Position numbers and translations under genes: made by a program
Assembly: GCA_963716395.1 (NCBI GenBank)
Contig: OY970309.1
Span: 2,112,001 to 2,176,000 of the forward strand
Direction of reading: 5' to 3'
Length of the DNA: 64,000 bases
From: an uncultured Fibrobacteria bacterium
GTDB lineage: Bacteria; Fibrobacterota; Fibrobacteria; UBA11236
The notes under the pieces: model-generated
What the model was told of the DNA's origin: nothing
The model's database searches: none
What the model saw: only the letters and a program-made list of their open reading frames with translations
In this document: positions 48,416 to 56,975 of the stretch, piece after piece
Numbering within the stretch: the first letter of the stretch is position 1
Layout: each line of letters begins with the position of its first letter

Positions 48416-49054
48416 ATGTGTTTTTCGGCCACGGCCAGTTTTGTCGCCAGCGGCGCGCTGGTGGCGCTCGGGGGCGCCACATTCGCGTTCGCCAGGAAGC
48501 GAGACAAAGTGCTGGTGGCGATCCCGATTCTTTTCGGCATTCAGCAGGCCTTGGAGGGGTATCAGTGGCTGCGGCTTGACGGGGGTTCGTCTTCGCGGGC
48601 GGCGGGGTACGGGTATTTGTTTTTCGCCCTCGTCCTTTGGCCCGTTTACGTGCCGTCCTTTGTCTACTTCCTGGACAAAAACCGGAAAACGCTGTTGCGC
48701 TGGTTTGTGCTCGCGGGCCTCGCGGTGGCGGCCATTTTTCTGGGACTGCTGGCCGCACACCCTTTGCACGTGCGCATCACCTCGTCCTGCGTGAGCTACG
48801 CCTTGGGCCTTCCCCCCTTCTGGGTCGTCGGACCTCCCTATCTGTTGGCCATTCTGGGTCCGCTGTTCCTCTCCAGCCGCAAAATTTTCCGGTGGTTTGG
48901 AGCCGCCATTCTCGGGCTGGCCGTTCTATCCTGGAGGCTGTACCAGTTTAATTTCATCTCCGTGTGGTGCTTTTTCGCCGCGGCCGTGAGTTCGATGTTC
49001 TTTCTCTACGTGCAAAACAACCGCCGGCGGAAAAACGCCCTGCGGACTTCCTAA
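48416..49054 (+). CDS. Membrane protein, MCFSATASF family (DUF6629-like)
   Basis: MCFSATASF, IPILFGIQQALEG, FISVWCFFAA. Confidence 0.8.
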   Translation: MCFSATASFVASGALVALGGATFAFARKRDKVLVAIPILFGIQQALEGYQWLRLDGGSSSRAAGYGYLFFALVLWPVYVPSFVYFLDKNRKTLLRWFVLAGLAVAAIFLGLLAAHPLHVRITSSCVSYALGLPPFWVVGPPYLLAILGPLFLSSRKIFRWFGAAILGLAVLSWRLYQFNFISVWCFFAAAVSSMFFLYVQNNRRRKNALRTS

Positions 49055-49092
49055 GCAAGAGGTTTTGTTGTTGCTGCCGGGCGGTACCCAAA

Positions 49093-49902
49093 TTACCCCG
49101 GAACCGGACGATCGAGTGAACGTAAGAAAGATCGGACGGCAACCGAAAACCGTTCGGGCTGATCATAAAAAATTCCGTGTCCGGCATCCTGGATGTGAGC
49201 GACTTGGAGCTTCGGATGGATAAGTTGCAGATCCGAGGCCGATTTTTCCGAAATGATGCCGGCATCACCAATGATTAACAAACATGGAATTTCAAGCGAA
49301 CTCACGAGTTGCTTATAATCCGGATTCGGTGGGGTGAGAACGTCAAACGCGCTCATACTCGTTTCACGGCGTGCTCTGGCGATTCTCTCAACCATAGGCA
49401 AAGAGCGGTTGGGGCGCCGAGTTTGCAGATCTTTCACGATTTCTTCCAGGGGTTGATGCAATTGCCTTCGGTGTTGATCGGCCACATCGCCGTCGCGCAC
49501 TTCGCGTTGTTGCTTCGAACTGAGGAAGGCCGGATCCGCCAGGATTAAGCCGCGGATCGACGCAGGATAAAGGCTTGCAACCATCGCCGCCACGAGGCCT
49601 CCCATGGAATGTCCAATCAGGATCGGGCGATCGATCCCAAGATTATGCACGAGACCGGCAATATCCTTCGCGTGATCCTCGTATCGGTATCCAAAATCAG
49701 GTACGCTCGACTTTCCGTGACCGCGAAAATCCGGCATGATGACGTCATATTCATTTTCCAGCGCCCGGGCGATGTCGGTCCAGCATAGTCCATTCGCCAT
49801 CAAGCCGTGCAAGAGGAGAAGCGATGGTTTTCCGGGCCCGGTCCGCGTGTAATGCAGGTTTATTCCATTGGTCTCACAAAGTGCTGAATTCCACCGGGCC
49901 AT
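49093..49902 (-). CDS. Alpha/beta hydrolase
   Basis: LLHGL, DFRGHGKS, GHSMGG nucleophile elbow, AGHG; AGGAG RBS. Confidence 0.92.
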   Translation of the reverse strand: MARWNSALCETNGINLHYTRTGPGKPSLLLLHGLMANGLCWTDIARALENEYDVIMPDFRGHGKSSVPDFGYRYEDHAKDIAGLVHNLGIDRPILIGHSMGGLVAAMVASLYPASIRGLILADPAFLSSKQQREVRDGDVADQHRRQLHQPLEEIVKDLQTRRPNRSLPMVERIARARRETSMSAFDVLTPPNPDYKQLVSSLEIPCLLIIGDAGIISEKSASDLQLIHPKLQVAHIQDAGHGIFYDQPERFSVAVRSFLRSLDRPVPG

Positions 49903-50163
49903 CTTTCGACTCCTAAAAAAGATTTAACGCATAATTTTTGCGCGCCTTTTCGTCCTCGAACGACTCCGCGTCGTCCTCGACTTCCTGTGCGCCCACGTAT
50001 CGGCCGTGCGCCGTGTGGATTCTTGTTCGGGTTTGCGGCCCATCAACTCACCTTTTCCTCTTTCGCCGCTCGTCCGATTCTTCTATGAGATCAACCAACC
50101 GGCGAACTAGAAAAGGCCGGGGAATGCGTTTCCCGTTTTCCCCATGGTTCACCGAACGATAAG

Positions 50164-52824
50164 TCAGTGCTGGGCTGCCCGCTTGGGATGCAGGAGTTTG
50201 GCGATCAAGCCGGTCCACCCGGTTTGATGCGAGGCTCCCACGCCGCGGCCTGAGTCGCCGTGGAAGTATTCGTGGAACCACACATAGTCGCGGAAATGCG
50301 GATCGGCATGGAATTTGGGATACAGCCCATGCACGGGGCGGCCGCCGCCGGCATCTTTGAGAAACAGTTTGGCCAGCCGGCCCGAAAGCTCGGTGGCGAT
50401 TTCGTTCAGGGTCAGCATTTGCCCCGAGCCGGTGGGGCATTCGACTTTGAAGTCGTCGCCGAAATAATGGTGGAACTTTTGCAGTGATTCGATGATGAGG
50501 TAATTGACGGGCATCCACACCGGGCCGCGCCAGTTCGAATTGCCGCCGAACAGGCCCGAGTCGCTTTCGCCGGGCACGTAGCCGACCCGCAATTCTTCGC
50601 CGGCCAGCGACAGCGTGAAGGGCGCATTTTCATACACCTTGCTCACCGCGCGGATGCCGTAAGGCGACAGGAATTCAGCCGGGTCGAGCATGCGCCGCAG
50701 CACGCATTTGATGCGGTGGCCGCGCAGCAGCGACAACAGGCGGCGCTGGCCGCGGCCCGGTTCGTTCCAGCGCGAAACCAGGCCCGCCAGCTCGGGCCGA
50801 TGGCGCAGGTACCATTCCAGCGCGTCGCGGAAGGCCGGCAATTTTTCCAACAGTTCCGGCTCCAAGGTTTCCACTGCGAACAGGGGGATCAGACCCACCA
50901 TGGATCGTAGTTTCAGGGTCACCGTGCCGCCTTGCGGCATCTTCAGCTCGTCGTAATAGAAAGCATCAACCTCGTCCCACAATCCCAATTCTTCGCCATC
51001 GAGATTGGTCATGGCTTCGGCGATGCACAAGAAATGTTCGAACAGCTTGGTGGCCATGTCTTCGTACACCGCGTCGTTCTTGGCCAGCTCCAGCGCGATG
51101 CGCATGAGGTTCAGGCAATAAGCGGCCATCCAACTGGTGCCGTCGGCCTGGTTCACCGTGCCGCCGCCGGGCAGGGGACGGCTGCGATCGAAAGCCCCGA
51201 TGTTGTCGAGGCCCAGGAACCCGCCCTGGAAAATGTTGCGGCCGGAGGCGTCTTTGCGGTTCACCCACCACATGAAATTCAGCAGCAATTTGTGGAAAAT
51301 GCGCTCCAGAAAATCGAGGTCGCCGACGCCTTGCTGTTTGCGATCGATTTGGAAAACGCGCCACGCGGCCCAGGCCTGTACGGGCGGATTCACGTCGCCG
51401 AAGTTCCATTCATAGGCGGGGATTTGTCCGTTGGCATGCATGCTGAAGACGCGGCAGAGAAACAGCAGTTGTTCTTTGGCGAAGGCGGCGTCGACGAGGG
51501 CGAGGGGAAGGCAGTGAAAGGCCAAGTCCCAGGCGGCGAACCAGGGATATTCCCATTTGTCGGGCATGGAAACGATTTGGGCGTGGTGGATATGCAGCCA
51601 TTCGGAATTGCGCCCCTCGTTGCGCTGCGGCGGTGGCGGCGGTTGCCCCGGATCGCCGCGCAGCCATTCCCGCACGTCGTAGTGGTAATACTGCTTGCTC
51701 CAAATCATGCCGGCCAGGGCCTGGCGCTGCACCAGGCGCGCATCGGCATCTTCAATCCCGGCTTGCAGCGCCTCGTAATAGGCTTCGGCTTCGGCGCTGC
51801 GGGTCGCGAACACCGCGTCGAAATCGCGAAACGGATCCGGGTTGCCCTTCCGGGTCAGGCGCAGGCGGAATTGGCGGGATTGTCCGGCCGCGATGGTTTC
51901 AATGAAATGCGCCGCGGCCTTGGTGCCGGATTGATCGGGGTTCACGGCTTCACGCTTGCCCTGCACGAGGTAGTCGTGAAACCCGTCTTTGAAATACCCG
52001 GCAAGATTCGGGTCGCCGAACACACGCGGATTGGTTTCGTTCTCGCAGAAAAGCAACTCCGACGCGGCCTCGGCGTGAAACCAGTATTCCCCCAGTTCCG
52101 CATGGGTAACTTGAATGGTACTGTGGTCCTGGGCGCGGAGATCCGGCCGGGCCGAACCCGGCGCCCAGGTCCAGGTATTGCGGAACCAGAGTTGCGGCAG
52201 CACGTGCAGGGCCGCCGCGTCGGGGCCGCGGTTCCATACCGTGACGCGCAGGAGCACGTCTTCGGGATCGGCCAGCGCGTATTCCACAAACACGTCGAAA
52301 TAGCGATCGGCGTCGAATACGCCCGTGTCGATCAGCTCGAATTCGAGTTCACCTTTGCCGCGCCGCCGGTTTTCTTCGACCAGGCGCGCATAGGGATATT
52401 CGGCCTGCGGATATTTGTACAGGAATTTCAAATAGGCGTGCGTGGGCAAGGCGTCGAGATGGTAATAGCATTCCTTGACGTCTTCGCCATGATTGCCCTG
52501 GCCGTTGGTGAGGCCGAACAGCCTTTCTTTGAGAATGGGATCGCGGCCGTTCCACAACGCCAGGCCCAGGCATAGGCGCTGCCGGTCATCGCTGAAGCCC
52601 GCCAGGCCGTCTTCGCCCCAGCGGTAAGCGCGGCTTTTAGCCTGGTCATGCGGAAAATAATCCCAGGCGTCACCGTCGGCGCTGTAGTCTTCGCGCACTG
52701 TGCCCCATTGGCGGTCGCTGAGATAGGGCCCCCAGGTTTTCCACCGTTCCCGGCCGGCTTGGACCGCCTGCAAACGCGCGCTTTCGGCCGTGGGTTTCAT
52801 GCCGGGAAAATTACTCGCTGCCAT
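50164..52824 (-). CDS. MGH1-like / GH63-related glucosidase
   Basis: WGPYLSDRQWGTVREDYS, SMPDKWEYPWFAAWDLAFH, GGNSNWRGP, EYFHGD.G.G.GASHQTGWT. Confidence 0.9.
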   Translation of the reverse strand: MAASNFPGMKPTAESARLQAVQAGRERWKTWGPYLSDRQWGTVREDYSADGDAWDYFPHDQAKSRAYRWGEDGLAGFSDDRQRLCLGLALWNGRDPILKERLFGLTNGQGNHGEDVKECYYHLDALPTHAYLKFLYKYPQAEYPYARLVEENRRRGKGELEFELIDTGVFDADRYFDVFVEYALADPEDVLLRVTVWNRGPDAAALHVLPQLWFRNTWTWAPGSARPDLRAQDHSTIQVTHAELGEYWFHAEAASELLFCENETNPRVFGDPNLAGYFKDGFHDYLVQGKREAVNPDQSGTKAAAHFIETIAAGQSRQFRLRLTRKGNPDPFRDFDAVFATRSAEAEAYYEALQAGIEDADARLVQRQALAGMIWSKQYYHYDVREWLRGDPGQPPPPPQRNEGRNSEWLHIHHAQIVSMPDKWEYPWFAAWDLAFHCLPLALVDAAFAKEQLLFLCRVFSMHANGQIPAYEWNFGDVNPPVQAWAAWRVFQIDRKQQGVGDLDFLERIFHKLLLNFMWWVNRKDASGRNIFQGGFLGLDNIGAFDRSRPLPGGGTVNQADGTSWMAAYCLNLMRIALELAKNDAVYEDMATKLFEHFLCIAEAMTNLDGEELGLWDEVDAFYYDELKMPQGGTVTLKLRSMVGLIPLFAVETLEPELLEKLPAFRDALEWYLRHRPELAGLVSRWNEPGRGQRRLLSLLRGHRIKCVLRRMLDPAEFLSPYGIRAVSKVYENAPFTLSLAGEELRVGYVPGESDSGLFGGNSNWRGPVWMPVNYLIIESLQKFHHYFGDDFKVECPTGSGQMLTLNEIATELSGRLAKLFLKDAGGGRPVHGLYPKFHADPHFRDYVWFHEYFHGDSGRGVGASHQTGWTGLIAKLLHPKRAAQH

Positions 52825-52843
52825 CCGCGGTGACGCCCTCGGA

Positions 52844-53614
52844 TCAATAGCGCGTGACTTGCTGGGTCAAACCGCCGTCGACGTAATAGGTGCAACCCGT
52901 GACGTAGTCGGATTCGCCGCCAGCCAGGAACACCGCCACCGAGGCCACTTCTTCGGGCCGGCCGAAGCGGCCCCAAGGGATTTCGCTGATGGCGTCGGCG
53001 CGCGCCTGAGGATCGTTCAGCACGGCCTGGTTGATGGGCGTGGCAATGGCGCCGGGCGCGATGTTGTTCACGTTGATTTTATGCGCCGCCAATTCCATGG
53101 CCAAATTGCGCATCAGCATGCGCATGCCGCCTTTCGAGGCGCAGTACGCGCTATAGCCCGGAAAGGGAATGTCTTCATGCACCGAGGAAATATTCACCAG
53201 TTTTCCGCCTTGGCCCTGCTTGACCATTTGCCGCGCCACGACCTGGCTGATGAGAAAAGACCCGTACAAATTCACGTGGATCACCTTGCTCCACTCGTCG
53301 TCGGTGACATCGAGAAACGGTTTTTTGATTTCGATGCCGGCGTTGTTCACGGCGATGTCGATGCGGCCGAGTTGGGCCACCACGGTCTGGATCATGGCTT
53401 CGACCTCGGTGCGATTGCTCACGTCAGCCGGAACCGCGATGGCCTTGTGGCCGAATTTTTGGGCTTCGGCAAAGGCTTCTTCGAAGGCCTGCGGTTCGCC
53501 GGGGCGGAAATTCACGGCCACGTGCGCGCCTTCGGTGGCGAAGCGGTGGGCGATGGCCTTGCCGATGCCGCTGGTGGCGCCGGTGATGAGGGCGACTTTG
53601 TCTTTCAAACGCAT
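52844..53614 (-). CDS. Short-chain dehydrogenase, glucose 1-dehydrogenase-like
   Basis: TGATSGIG, NNAG, SSVHE.IP, YCASKGG, PGAIATPIN. Confidence 0.9.
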   Translation of the reverse strand: MRLKDKVALITGATSGIGKAIAHRFATEGAHVAVNFRPGEPQAFEEAFAEAQKFGHKAIAVPADVSNRTEVEAMIQTVVAQLGRIDIAVNNAGIEIKKPFLDVTDDEWSKVIHVNLYGSFLISQVVARQMVKQGQGGKLVNISSVHEDIPFPGYSAYCASKGGMRMLMRNLAMELAAHKINVNNIAPGAIATPINQAVLNDPQARADAISEIPWGRFGRPEEVASVAVFLAGGESDYVTGCTYYVDGGLTQQVTRY

Positions 53615-53717
53615 GGAATCCTCGGGGCGGGCGGTGAAAACGGAAAATAGTTAGGACTGCAAACTACACGAAAGCGGCGACTGTGGCCATGGCTACGCAG
53701 ACCGGCGGCCGGTGAAA

Positions 53718-53741
53718 TTTGTTCGCACCGGTGCGAACAAA
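53718..53741. repeat. Perfect 24-bp palindrome
   Basis: TTTGTTCGCACC|GGTGCGAACAAA in the divergent intergenic region. Confidence 0.8.
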
Positions 53742-53979
53742 CGATAGGGGAATCACAAAAGCGAATCGCCCCCTGCACGCCGGACATCAAAATGCTCAAG
53801 CACCCGTTCGGGTGTGTGGATAATCCCGGCGCCAAGGGATTGGGTTTTTTCCGGTCCCGTGCAATAATGTCACACGTAGGATCTGGGAACTTTTCACCCG
53901 GTTTGGATTTGCATGCATCCGAAATTCGTGACCAAGCCTTTTGATACCGATGCTTGGGCCCAAGGGAAAACGGGAACCG

Positions 53980-55686
53980 ATGTCTGAAATCATCCGCATT
54001 CTGCATCTCGAGGACGATGCGCGCGACGCGGAACTGGCGTCCATGGCCCTGCAGTCGGAAAACCTCCGGGCCGAAATCGAGGTGGTGGATAGCGGCCAGG
54101 CTTTTTTGCATGCCTTGCGGGCGGGCGGCCATGATGTCATTCTCGCCGACTACCAGTTGCCCGACTATGACGGCGCGCGCGCGCTTGATGCGGCCAAAGA
54201 TGAATGCCCCGACACCCCCTTCATTTTCGTGTCGGGAAAAATGGGTGAGGCCCTGGCCGTCGAGTCGCTGCAACAGGGCGCGGCCGATTACGTCTTGAAA
54301 CGGTATTTGATGCGCCTGCCCGGCGCGGTGCAGCGCGCTTTGCGCATCGCCGCGGATCAGCGCGAAAAGAAAGCGGCGGAAAAAAAATTGCGCGCGTCCG
54401 AAGCCAAGCTGCTGGCCTTGATCGACAACTCGCAGGATTCCATCTGGTCGGTCGACGCCCAGTTCCGGCTCGTGACGTTCAACCTGGCCGCGGCCATGCG
54501 TTTTCGCGACACCCTCGGAGTCACCTTGCGTGCGGGCCTGCCCATGCACGAGGTGCTGCCCGCGCAGACGCGCGACTTGTGGCAGCGCTGTTTTAATCGC
54601 GCCATGGCGGGAGAGTCGTTTCAATTGGAAATTCCCTACACCGAAGAAGGGGCGGAACGTCAATCGGAAATGTCGCTCAACCCGATTCGCAACGGCGGCG
54701 AGATCACGGGTGCGGCGGTGTTCAGCCGCGATGTGACCGAACGCAACCGGACGCAATTCGAAATCAAGGCCCAACGCGACAAGCTGGAAAAAATGAACCA
54801 GCGGCTGATTGAACACCAGGCTTTTTTGGTGCAGACCGAAAAGCTGGCGTCGTTGGGCCAGCTTTCCGCGGGCGTGGCCCATGAAATCAACAACCCCATG
54901 TCTTTCGTCACCAGCAATTTGCGCACGCTGGCGGAGTATGTCGAACAATTACAAGCGGCGGCCCGGGCGGCCGCCGCCCTGGTCGGCCGGTTGCCTTCTC
55001 ATCCGGATCCCGCGGTAGAGGCCGAACGGGCGCGGCTGGAAGCGCTGCTGCAAAGCCGCAAACTGCAAAACGCGCTCGCCGACGGTGAAAGTCTCGTGGC
55101 TGAGTCGCTGGAAGGCGCGCGACGGGTCAATGAAATCGTGCGCAGCCTGAAAAGCGTGGCGCGCGCCGACGACGGCGTGCGGGAGGCGACCGACGTCAAC
55201 GCCTGCTTGGAAGACGCCTTGAAGCTGGCTTGGAACCAAATCAAGCACAAAGGGGAAATCCGCAAGGACCTGGGTGCCTTGCCGCTCATTTCGGCGTATC
55301 CCGGCCCGCTCCAGCAGGTTTTTCTGAACCTCCTCATCAACGCGGCCCAGGCCATTCCCGAAAAGGGGTTTATTGAAATCCGCTCGGCCGTCGCCGACGG
55401 GAAAATCGCCGTCTCCGTCACCGACAGCGGAGTCGGTATTCCCGAAAAAAACCGGTCGCGGTTGTTCACGCCTTTTTTCACTACCAAGCCCACGGGCCAG
55501 GGCACGGGCCTTGGACTTTCCATTTCCTACGGCATCGTACAGAAGCATCACGGTGACATCCAGGTGGCGTCGCAACCGGGAAAAGGCACGACCTTCACCG
55601 TTCTTTTGCCCGTGGATGAAACTGGGCCGGAAGGCCGCGCAACCGAGGAGGGTCGGCATGCCGATTGGCATCCTGTTTCTCGATGA
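53980..55686 (+). CDS. Hybrid REC-PAS-HisKA-HATPase sensor kinase
   Basis: ILHLEDD...LADY..P, PAS, AGVAHEINNP, QVFLNLLINA, DSGVGI, PFFTTK..GQGTGLGL. Confidence 0.92.
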   Translation: MSEIIRILHLEDDARDAELASMALQSENLRAEIEVVDSGQAFLHALRAGGHDVILADYQLPDYDGARALDAAKDECPDTPFIFVSGKMGEALAVESLQQGAADYVLKRYLMRLPGAVQRALRIAADQREKKAAEKKLRASEAKLLALIDNSQDSIWSVDAQFRLVTFNLAAAMRFRDTLGVTLRAGLPMHEVLPAQTRDLWQRCFNRAMAGESFQLEIPYTEEGAERQSEMSLNPIRNGGEITGAAVFSRDVTERNRTQFEIKAQRDKLEKMNQRLIEHQAFLVQTEKLASLGQLSAGVAHEINNPMSFVTSNLRTLAEYVEQLQAAARAAAALVGRLPSHPDPAVEAERARLEALLQSRKLQNALADGESLVAESLEGARRVNEIVRSLKSVARADDGVREATDVNACLEDALKLAWNQIKHKGEIRKDLGALPLISAYPGPLQQVFLNLLINAAQAIPEKGFIEIRSAVADGKIAVSVTDSGVGIPEKNRSRLFTPFFTTKPTGQGTGLGLSISYGIVQKHHGDIQVASQPGKGTTFTVLLPVDETGPEGRATEEGRHADWHPVSR

Positions 55687-56959
55687 CGAGCAAAACGTGT
55701 TGAACGCCCTGCGGCGCGTGTTCCGCGATGTGGAGGACGTCGAATTCTTGTTCACCACTTCTCCGGACGAGGCGCTGACCTTCGCGGTCCGGCCCGATAC
55801 CGCCGTGGTGTTTTCGGATCAACGCATGCCGTCCATGGACGGCGTCGCCTTTTTGGAACGGGTCAAAGAGGTCGCGCCCGAAGCCATCCGCATTCTGCTC
55901 ACCGGCCACGGCGACATGAAGATGGCCCAGGAGGCCATCAACCGCGGTGCGGTGTACCGCTTTCTCAGCAAACCCTGGGACGACGAAGAGTTGCGGCATA
56001 TCCTGGGACAGGCGCGCGAACGCTATGAGTTGGCGGCGGAAAACCGCCGCCTGCAGGAGGTGACCCGGACGCAGAACCAGGAGTTGAAAAAACTGAACGA
56101 AGGCCTGGAGCAGCGCGTGCGCCAGCGCACGCGGGAGATTCAGCAATTGAACGGCGAGTTGGAGAAAAGTCTGCTGGGCGCGGTGCGGGTGGCCGCCAGC
56201 CTGATCGAAGTGCACAACCAGGTGATCGGCAGCCATTCCCGCCGTGTGGCGGCGCTGGCCAAAGGCATGGCCCGCAAGCTGCGCCTGGCCGAAGGTGAAA
56301 TTCTGCAGGTGGAGGTGGCGGGCCTGTTGCATGACATCGGCGAAACCGTACTCCCGGCGGAGATTCTGAACAAGGAGGAACATGCGCTCACGGCCGACGA
56401 ACGGGAGCGCCTGCGGCGCCACCCGCTGCTCGGGGCGACCATCGTGCACATGGTTCCCAACATGGAGCGCGCCGCCCGCATGGTGCGGCATCACCACGAG
56501 CGGTTCTACGGAGGCGGCTTTCCCGATCGGCTCAAGGGCGATGACATTCCGCTGGGGGCGCGCATTTTGGCGGTGGCCGACGCCTATGACGAATGCCTCA
56601 ACACGCGCGCCGCTTTCCGGCAGGCTTCGCCCGCCAAGGTGCTGGAGCAACTGCGCAAGCGCTGTCCGACCGAGTTCGATCCCGAGGTGGTGGAGGCGCT
56701 CGAACAGTCCGTGCGCGACGGCGATCGCTTTCGCGAAGACACCGAAGAGGTGGAAGTGCGCGTGCAGGATTTGCGGGCCGGCATGCGGGTGTCGCGCGAC
56801 ATCCGCGATTTGCGCGGCAACCTGTTGGTGTCGGCCTGCTCCACCCTGACCGAAGAGTTGCTCAAAACCCTGCAAGACTATCCCGAAACCTCGCGTTGCT
56901 TCGAGGGAATTTTCATCTACCGCAAGGATCCTTTTGCGCAGCCGCTGGCCGTCCCGTGA
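55658..56959 (+). CDS. REC plus HD-GYP-family protein (variant motifs)
   Basis: LFLDDE, SDQRMP, KPWD; HSRRV, HDIGE, HHERFYGGGFP, ARILAVADAYD; GAGGAGG RBS. Confidence 0.88.
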   Translation: MPIGILFLDDEQNVLNALRRVFRDVEDVEFLFTTSPDEALTFAVRPDTAVVFSDQRMPSMDGVAFLERVKEVAPEAIRILLTGHGDMKMAQEAINRGAVYRFLSKPWDDEELRHILGQARERYELAAENRRLQEVTRTQNQELKKLNEGLEQRVRQRTREIQQLNGELEKSLLGAVRVAASLIEVHNQVIGSHSRRVAALAKGMARKLRLAEGEILQVEVAGLLHDIGETVLPAEILNKEEHALTADERERLRRHPLLGATIVHMVPNMERAARMVRHHHERFYGGGFPDRLKGDDIPLGARILAVADAYDECLNTRAAFRQASPAKVLEQLRKRCPTEFDPEVVEALEQSVRDGDRFREDTEEVEVRVQDLRAGMRVSRDIRDLRGNLLVSACSTLTEELLKTLQDYPETSRCFEGIFIYRKDPFAQPLAVP

Positions 56960-56975
56960 ACGCCGGGAAATTCTG

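Noticed and set aside
49910-49990. Minus-strand frame ending ...KNYALNLF, reminiscent of a tmRNA tag
   Set aside because: No tRNA-like ends and no terminal ALAA.
53658-53716. GCAAAC...GAAA segment resembling the start of a c-di-GMP-I riboswitch
   Set aside because: The flanks of GAAA do not pair (TACAC vs GCGGC) and the GACGCAAA element and second stem are missing.
53815-53823. Perfect DnaA box (TGTGGATAA) as a sign of oriC
   Set aside because: Single box, with no box cluster, unwinding element or dnaA; better explained as chance or as a sigma28 -10 element.
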